A stretch of DNA of 64,000 bases from the human T2T-CHM13v2.0 reference genome, Homo sapiens. The stretch is taken from NCBI RefSeq assembly GCF_009914755.1, contig NC_060928.1. One strand, written 5' to 3'. The notes under the pieces were generated by a model that worked only from the letters and a program-made list of their open reading frames with translations, had not been told where the DNA came from and did no database searches. Shown in pieces: positions 54,720 through 64,000 of this stretch; position 1 is the stretch's first letter, and the number at the start of each line of letters is the position of its first letter. The position numbers and the translations under genes were made by a program.

Positions 54720-55537
54720 TAGTGCATACCATAAGCCAAAGTAGCTCAGATAGGAAGCAATCATTTAGTTTCTACTTTAGGATGGAGCTCTAAATTTGTA
54801 TGCCTATACCTTATAGAATATATATACACATACATACACACACACGCACACACACATAAATTTGAGTCTTGTGTTTTCCCCATTCTTCCCCTTAGCACCT
54901 AACATTTATTGATTTATTCATTTATTCACCCATTTTATTTGTACTGACATTGAACAAAAATATGTCAAGTCCTCTGGTGTTCAGTGCACTTCATTAACCT
55001 CCTCCCACCCATGCTCTCAGAGACCCTGGGAGGCAGGTAGTATTCATGTTGTGAACCTAGTCAGGATGGTTTTCCACATCAAAAATCAGAGGTTTGGCTG
55101 GGCGCAGTGGCTCACGCCTGTAATCCCAGCACTTTGAGAGGCCAAGGTGGGCAGATCACCTGAAGTCAGGAGTTCCAGACCAACCTGGCCAACATGGCAA
55201 AACCCTGTCTCTACCAAAAACACAAAAATTAGCCGGGCGTGGTGGCACATGCCTGTAATCCCAACTACTTAGGAGGCTGAGGCAGGAGAATCACTTGAAC
55301 CTGGAGGTCGGAGGTTGCAGTGAACCGGAGATTGCGCCATTGCACTCCAGCCTGGGTGGCATAAGACTCCATCTCAAAAAAAAAAAAAAAAAAATTCAGA
55401 GGTTCTATGCTTCAATCCTTCAGAGTGCTGATTTCTTAATTAACTAATTAACACATTAATTAATGTGATAAAATGCGAATGTGTTAACTGGTATATTATT
55501 AATACGGTATGTTTTCCAGGTAAATTGTTTGCTCTTA

Positions 55538-56394
<857 letters not shown>

Positions 56395-57138
56395 AAGAGG
56401 AGTGATGTCAAGTTGGAATGCCATGCAACATGGCAGGTTATTACAAAAGTTGGTTTGCATGGGTAGTTCTTTTGCTATCTGTTAAATTCTATCACATAGG
56501 CAAGTCTCTGTTTAAACAACTTATAAAACTGTGTTTACCAGGGTAAAGAAAAGAGTAAAGCTCTCTGGAGATCACTACAATGTAGGGTGAAAGAAGAATC
56601 AAGCAATAATAGAACACAGAGAGCTTAACTTGCCCAAAGTTACATATACATTATTCATTATTCAATATACATATTCATTATTCATTATGTATTTGAGCTA
56701 AGACTACAGAAACCCTGTTCACTTCTCTCCACCTCCTGACTGCCTCGAGCACTACAGTGTCCACAAGCCTTGGAAATACAAGGAAAATAGTATATTTATT
56801 TTGGTTTGTTCCGATTAACATTTGGACCCATTGCTTTAAATGTAAAGGTCCTTTACCTGAAATGGTATCTGGAGGTTGAAAAAATATATTGAGAATATTA
56901 TTCGAAAATGTAAATTATCTGCTGTCTAAAAATAAGTTTATCTTAGGAGTGATGATTGCACATTATGAATGTACTTAATGAACTGTTTGCCTAAAAATGG
57001 CTACAATGGCACAGTTTAGGTTATGAATATTTTACCACAATTTTTAAAATAAAATAAATTTATCCCAGATTTCCCAACTTTTTAGACACCCAGTACACGT
57101 TGGACATTGAAATCCATCTAATATATGTTATTGAGTGA

Positions 57139-57303
<165 letters not shown>

Positions 57304-57814
57304 TGAGTAGCTGGGATTATAGGCACCCACCAACACGCCTGGCTAATTTTTGCATTTTTAGTAGAGACGGGGTTTCACCATGTTGGCTGGGCTGGTCTTG
57401 AACTCCTGACCTCAAGTGATCCGCCCACCTCGGCCTCCCAAATTTCGGATTACAGGCGTGAGCCACTGCACCCAGCCAGGATGTATCATTTTTATGTAAG
57501 AATACTGAAACAGAGAGTAGACAGGAGCAGACAGTCTTTTTAGTTCACATACTTTTGCATTATTCTAATTGTTTATAGGGTGCATATATACTGTTTTAAA
57601 AATCATTTTTGACAAGATATTTCTATTTGGGGGATGGAAAAAATGAAGAAACAAATACATTAGAAACAGTCCTCATAGTTAGGAATTAGAGAGAGCCTGG
57701 ATCTGCAGGTGTTCGGCTGCCTCATGGGCCACTGTTGGCCACTCTGAGATCCGCTTCATTACTGTGAACACAGACCAAGGTCCTGCATTCAGAGCACGCT
57801 CTAACCAAAAAGCC

Positions 57815-58097
57815 GGGTTCTGGTGAAGGCTCTCTTATTGGCTCTTACACGTCTGCCTGCTTGGCGTGTCCTCATATGGCCTTGCCTCTGGGTGCATGGG
57901 AAGAAGCAGAGCTCAGGTTTCTCTTCCTCTTCTTTCAAGGACACCAGTCCCATCAGATTAGGGCCCCACCTTCTGACCTCATCTAACCTTATTTACCTCT
58001 TTGAAGGCCCTGTCTCCAAATATAGTCACACTGGGGTTAGGGCTTCAACATATGAATTTGTGAGGGGTGGTAGGGGGACACAATTCAGTTCATAGCA
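57815..58097 (-). mobile_element. MLT1A-type MaLR LTR fragment
   Basis: AGGACACCAGTCC..ATTAGGGCCCCACC..GGGCTTCAACATATGAATTT..GACACAATTCAGTTCATAGCA. Confidence 0.75.
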
Positions 58098-59861
58098 ATA
58101 CCTTTTATCAAATTGTCTTTCAGAAAGATTATACAAATTTATACTCCCTTTAACAGTGTTTGAGAGTGGCTATCCTGTACTCTCAACAAAGATTTTAACA
58201 TTTTAAAAATCTAGATTATTTTGAAAATGGATTTTGAGGACCTCCAAGGACAAATGTTCATAACTGTACAAATAGGAGGCTTGGCTAAGTGACTTGGGTC
58301 AGGATAAACATTTCAATATTAAATACTTTAGAGACTCTCAGATTCATTTCCTTGCCTGTGGGTTACATAACATTAAGAACTTTGGTTTGTCTTTGAGCCT
58401 GGGAGGTACCCATGCCTCATAACTAGGAAAAAGCTTACCTGTGCACTTACATACTTTTCTAAAACCTAATGGAAGCAGTGCCCTAGTGCAAGGTTTAGAG
58501 AAAATGAAAATGAGTTGCTGAGAAAGGAACTAAAAAGTATTCTGGTAGATGAATTGGGTGGAATGTTAAAAAAATGTGAAGGGAGAAGTCATCTTGAGTA
58601 CTGGGATTGAGAAGAATTCTTTGATATTAAGTTCCATAGCCTTTGGGTACTTATTTGATCACAGCTGCTTTTCTAATCCCTAGTGGTAGCTGAGCCCTAG
58701 GGAATCTTTTTTTTACTCAAATCAACCAGGGAAATGATGACCCCTTTCTCTGTGTATCTCCTTGTCAGGCAGCAATAGACCACATCTTCCAAACTACCAG
58801 ACAAGAAGAAAACAACAGATTTTTTTTGCGTATATACTAAAGTCCTACTACAGATTGCAGGAGCTCAACTGCTTACAAAAGAGGAAAAAGTACAACCATG
58901 GTCTGCTCTTTCCTTGCTTGCCCTTTGCTTCCAGGTGCAATGATTTCATAGACTTCTTTGCTAATGGATAGAGCCCAGGGGGAAATAGAAAGAACAAAAA
59001 AACCTTGAATTTTTTTAGCATTTATATTTAAGCATAGCTTTAATTTTTTTAATGAAACATGCCCATTTAAACCAATCTAAATACAGAAAAGTATAAAGTA
59101 CAAAGTAAAAATCACCTGGAGTATTATTACCCGGAGACAACCATGGTCATAATTACAGATATAGTAAAATGATTTTATATAAAGAGCTCATATATGCATT
59201 CTGTAACCTATTTTACTCAATCACAAGCATGAAATTTTTCTAAGTCAATAAATATGAAGAAATATCATTATTCATGATTTCACAGAATAACTCTAAATAT
59301 ATGTATCATAATTCACTTAGCCAGTCCTCAATTAGGTCATTTACAATTTGTGAAGCTACTATAAGCAATGCTGAGATAAACATCTTTCTGAATATATTTT
59401 TTACCACTTTTAGAAATATTTGTATAAGCACGTCTAATGTCTTTGGGACTAACAAGACATTAAAAATTATGAAGTCACACTTAGAAACTGAAAATATCTC
59501 AGATGAAAGCATGAAATTTTTAAAAAGAAAATATGTATAGCTTCTCTATTTCTGTCTACAAAAAGTAGTTATCACTACCCCTTTTGCAGAATATAGGGCC
59601 TTGAAATTCATTAACTTGGCCACCCCTTCATCCTCCTCCTGTCTTATGTGATATTGTGTTCAGAATTTGAGGTTTATATTGTTGTCATTTTTGTTGCTGT
59701 TTTACTTTGATTTTTTTATTTGAAAATTTTCAAGCCCACAGCAAAGTCAAAGAATAGTTTAAAGAACACCTGTATACACGTCATTTAATTTTTCAATTAT
59801 TATTTACAATTCAAATTGTTAATAATAGCAATTTTCTTTTTCTTTTTCTTTTTTTTTTTGA

Positions 59862-60083
<222 letters not shown>

Positions 60084-61045
60084 TGATCCGCCTGCCTCCG
60101 CCTCCCAAAGGGCTGGGATTACAGGCATGAGCCACCATGCCTGGCCTAATTTTGTATTTCTAAGTAGAGATGGGGTTTCTCCATGTTGGTCAGGCTAGTC
60201 TTGAACTCCTGACCTCAGGTGATCTGCCTGCCTTGGCCTCCCAAAATGCTGGGATTACAGGCATGAGCCACCGCACCCGGCCAATAATAACAATTTTCAA
60301 TTATTAATATTCTCACTCTTCTTTCTCTTGCCACCTCCTTTCCCTTACAGATATTTCTTTCTTTTGCAAAAGTTCAGCTACATATTTAAAAGAACATTTG
60401 GCTGAATGCAGTGGCGCACATCTGTAATCCCAACACTTTGGGAGGTCAAGGAGGGAGGATTGCTTGAGCCCAGGAGTTCAGGACCACCTGGGCAACATGG
60501 CAAAACCCCATCTCTACAAAAAATTTAAAAACATTAGCCAGGCATCAGCCAGGTGCGGTGGCTCATGCCTGTTAATCCCAGCCCTTTGGGAGGCCGAGGT
60601 GGGTGGATCACGAGGTCAGGAGATCAAGACCATCCTGGCTAACACGGTGAAACCCCGTCTCTACTAAAAATACAAAAAAAAAAAAAAAAACATTAGCCAG
60701 GCGTGGTGGCACATGGTGGTACATGTCTGGTCCCAGCTACTCAGGAGGTTGAGGAAAGAGGATCACTTGAGCCCAGTAGATTGAGGCTGCAGTCAGCCGT
60801 GTTCACGCCACTGCACTCCAGCCTAGATGACAGAGAAAGACCTTCTCTCAAAAAACAAACAAGCAAACAAACAAACCCAAAAAACTCCACCTCATTCATT
60901 ATATTTTCTAGATGTTTTATAGGAAAAAGTTTTTCAGGATATACAGTTAGTTGTACTGCCAGAAATTAGAGTCCAATTTTATCAATTTGTATTCTGCTTT
61001 TTTTTCACAGAATATTATGTATTAATGATTTTTTTCATGGTTCCT

Positions 61046-61350
61046 GCTATGAACTGACTTGTGTCTCCTCCCAAATTCATATGGAGAAGCCTTAATCCTT
61101 ATGGGACTGTATCTGGAAATAGGGTTTTTAGGAGATAATTAAGGGTAAATGAGGTCATAACGGTAGGTTCCTAATCGGAAAAGAATGGCTTTCTAAGAGG
61201 AAGAGATCTCTCTCTTTCTCGCTCTGTGCGATGTGAAGACATAGTGAGAAGGCAGCCAACTGGAAGCCAGGAAGAAGCGCTCACCAGAGCCTGACCATCA
61301 TGCTGGCATCCTGGTCTCAGACTTCCAGGCTCTAGAACTGTGAGGAAAGA
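61046..61350 (+). mobile_element. MLT1A/MST-type MaLR LTR fragment
   Basis: TGCTATGAACTGA..CCAAATTCATAT..AATGAGGTCATA..TCTCAGACTTCCAG..AGAACTGTGAG. Confidence 0.7.
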
Positions 61351-61363
61351 TTTTTTTTTTTAA

Positions 61364-61621
<258 letters not shown>

Positions 61622-61786
61622 TGAACCCCTGACCTCAAGTGATCCACCCACCTCAGCCTCCCAAAGTACTGGGATTACACAAGTGAGCCAACGCACCCAG
61701 TCTCCAACTTTTTCTATGTGTGACTTGTGTGATAATATTTTCCTTCAGTATTTTAGATGCCTATTTATACTTTGTATATGTTTTAA

Positions 61787-62073
<287 letters not shown>

Positions 62074-62887
62074 TGAGCCACTGCGCCCAGCCTAAAATTT
62101 TATTTTAATAAAAGCTCTGCCCTCTGACCTATATTTTGCTTAATTTTTTTTTCTTTTTTTTTTTTTTTAGACGGAGTCTCACACTGTCACCCCGGCTGGA
62201 GTGCAGTGGTGCAATCTCAGCTCACTTTAACCTCTGCCTCCCAGGTTCAAGCGATTCTCCTTGCCTCGGCCTCCCAAATAGCTGGGATTATAGGCACCCG
62301 CCACCACACCTGGCTAATTTTTTTGTATTTTTAGTAGAGACGGGGTTTCACTATGTTGGCCAGGCTGGTCTCGAACTCCTGACCTCATGATCTGCCTGCC
62401 TTGGCCTCCCAAAGTGCTGAGATTACAGGCATGAACCACTGCACTCAGCTATTTTGCTTAATTTTTAAAAAGAAGAATTGCATTAATTGATGGAAATTTA
62501 GACTATGTTAAATAAGGAAAAACAAGCAAACACACACCAACCTGGGTCATGCAGAATTTCTCAGACATAGAATGGATTCGAAAAAGTCCCCAGGCCGAGG
62601 CAAATGCATATACAAAACCCTGTGAAAGGGAGAAACAAGGGACGTTTTCTAGGAATAGAAGGAAGACCACTGTGTTCGATCACAGTTGAGTGAAGGGAAT
62701 GAACTTAGGCTGAAGAGGGAGATGGGAGTGATCCTCAGGACCTTGAAGATGATGTCAACAGCTTAGATGTATATCTTTTTTTTGTTCGGAGTCGGAGTTT
62801 CATTCTATTGCCCAGGCTGTATCTGGGCTCACTGCAATCCCTGCTTTCCAGGTTCAAGTGATTTTTGTGCCTCAGCCTCCAGAGTAG

Positions 62888-63073
<186 letters not shown>

Positions 63074-63310
63074 TAAGAGTGATGCTGGGTTCGGCACAGT
63101 AGCTCATGCCACTTGGGAGGCCTTGGGAGGCCGAGGCAGGAAGATCACTTGAAGTCAGGAGTTCAAGACCAGCCTGGGCAATATGGAGAATCTCAGCTAC
63201 TTGGGAGGCTGAGGCAGGAGACTCACTTGAACCCGGGGGGTGGGGATGGCAGTGGGCCAAGATAATGACACTGAACTCCAGCCTGTGCAACAGAGTGAAA
63301 CTCTGTGTCA

Positions 63311-63408
63311 AGAAAGAAAGAAAGAGAAAGAGAGAGAGAGAGAGAAAGGAAGGAAGGAAGGAAGGAAGGAAGGAAGGAAGGAAGGAAGGAAGGAAGGAAG
63401 GAAGGAAG
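63311..63408 (+). repeat. (GAAA)/(GA)/(GGAA)n microsatellite in an Alu tail
   Basis: About 15 consecutive GGAA units after GA repeats. Confidence 0.95.
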
Positions 63409-63769
63409 TGAGTGAGTGAGCTTATTCACCTCAGCTTTCAATTTGAAGCCATGCTTTTCATGGGCAGCCCCAGACAATAATCGTGCATGGCAAGGGTAAG
63501 TAGGACTGGTCATTTCTGCCCAAAGCTGGCCTCTTCTAACAATCTTTGCTGTGGAGCTCCCTGCTGAACTGACTGAGACTTTGTCAAATCTGCAATGTCC
63601 CAAGTCTCTCTCTGCCCCATCCTGCTTACTACCTCTTTTATCTCTCACAGACTAAATTTACCAATAAACCTCTTTCATTCCTGTCTCATTTTCTGATTTC
63701 CATAGGCCTGTTTACACACCTGGTAAATAATGAGCTTAGGAATATCTGGTCAAGGATATCTGATTGCTA

Positions 63770-63970
63770 ATGACTGAAAGTTTGTGTCTCCCCAAAATTT
63801 GTATGTTAAAACCCTAATCCCTCATGTGATGGTATTTGGAGATGGAAACTTTGGGAAGTAATTAGGTCATAACCCTAATGAGTGGTATTAGTCCCCTTAG
63901 AGGAAGACACATGAAAACATCCTCTTTCTCTGCTCTCCACCATGTGAGTATACAATAAGATAGCCATCTG
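63770..63970 (+). mobile_element. MLT1A/MST-type LTR 5' part
   Basis: TTTGTGTCTCCCCAAAATTTGTATGTTAAAACCCTAATCCC..GATGGTATTTGGAGATGG. Confidence 0.65.
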
Positions 63971-64000
63971 TGGGTAGGTGCTGGCTCACACCTGTAATCT

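Noticed and set aside
55452-55467. Perfect 16-bp palindrome CACATTAATTAATGTG
   Set aside because: AT-rich low-complexity context; plausible by chance or slippage, with no supporting structure.

Overview
This is primate (almost certainly human) genomic DNA, extremely Alu-rich, with no credible intact protein-coding exon. Nearly all ORF-track entries are Alu, ERV, simple-repeat or GC-rich artefacts. The core is a ~2.6 kb CpG island (~19.7-22.3 kb) holding the promoter and an ATG-free first exon of a minus-strand gene (splice donor CAG|GTAAG at 20576/20575). Positions 1-20575 are therefore likely intron 1, and ~22.3-64 kb is upstream intergenic DNA. The gene cannot be identified from sequence alone; ELF2 is a tentative, unverified recollection. 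The intron contains a 5'-truncated, sense-oriented HERV-H (LTR7 plus pol remnant with a triple 68-bp duplication), a decayed class I ERV with an env-TM remnant and 3' LTR, a piggyBac MER85 that has lost one TTAA, and a very young-looking tailless tRNA-Arg(ACG) retropseudogene. Upstream lie 7SL and Y1 RNA retropseudogenes, many solo LTRs and DNA-transposon fossils. I found no convincing new biological system. The best leads are unusual transposition and repair junctions and possible regulatory effects of the intronic elements. Repeat family names come from recalled consensus sequences and need Dfam/RepeatMasker confirmation; many boundaries are approximate.
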